Source: Squalus acanthias
Taxonomy: Eukaryota
Assembly (NCBI GenBank): GCA_030390025.1
Contig: CM059438.1
Span: 65,474,001-65,538,000 of the forward strand
Direction of reading: 5' to 3'
DNA: 64,000 nucleotides
Position numbers and translations under genes: made by a program. Below the pieces are notes generated by a model, which searched no databases, was not told the DNA's origin, and saw only the letters and a program-made list of their open reading frames with translations. Shown here piece by piece: positions 63,845 to 64,000 of this stretch (positions are counted from its first letter, which is position 1; every line of letters begins with the position of its first letter).

Positions 63845-64000
63845 CTGTGCCACTTGCCTGGATGAGTGCAGCTCCAACAACACTCAAGAAACTCGACACC
63901 ATCCAGGACAAAGCAACCCGTTTGATTGGCACCCCATCCACCACCTTAAACATTCACTCCCTCCACCACCAGCGTACCGTGGCTGCAGTGTGTACCATCT
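63845..64000 (+). mobile_element. Fragment of the 19932/30301 LINE family (cut by window end)
   Basis: ccacttgcctggatgagtgcagctccaacaacactcaagaa matches 21431-21575. Confidence 0.9.

Noticed and set aside
1..64000. CRISPR array or prokaryotic operon
   Set aside because: No regularly spaced direct repeats or dense ORFs; the sequence is vertebrate repeat-rich DNA.

Overview
This is eukaryotic, repeat-dominated vertebrate DNA. It is most likely from a cartilaginous fish, inferred from dense Deu-domain tRNA-SINEs, a V-SINE/HE1-like element and shark-type CR1 LINEs. I find no intact cellular gene. Mobile DNA includes CR1 LINEs (one young, nearly complete esterase-ORF1 plus APE-RT copy at 52801-56409), a second CR1/Jockey-group LINE family with a tRNA-like 5' head, L2 and Penelope fragments, many PIF/Harbinger-type non-autonomous elements, and a 762-bp solo LTR. 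The Penelope fragments carry minimal hammerhead ribozyme motifs. The Harbinger-type elements have GGCC-type TIRs, 3-bp TSDs and Myb/SANT remnants. The main non-repeat signal is a chain of about 12 splice-bounded, phase-compatible, protein-like exons on the + strand (about 1090-49497). They carry in-frame stops (mostly TGA), frameshifts, two broken splice sites and a SINE insertion, which suggests a decayed unprocessed pseudogene of a large protein I cannot identify. All calls were made by eye without database searches, and repeat boundaries are approximate unless a TSD is quoted.
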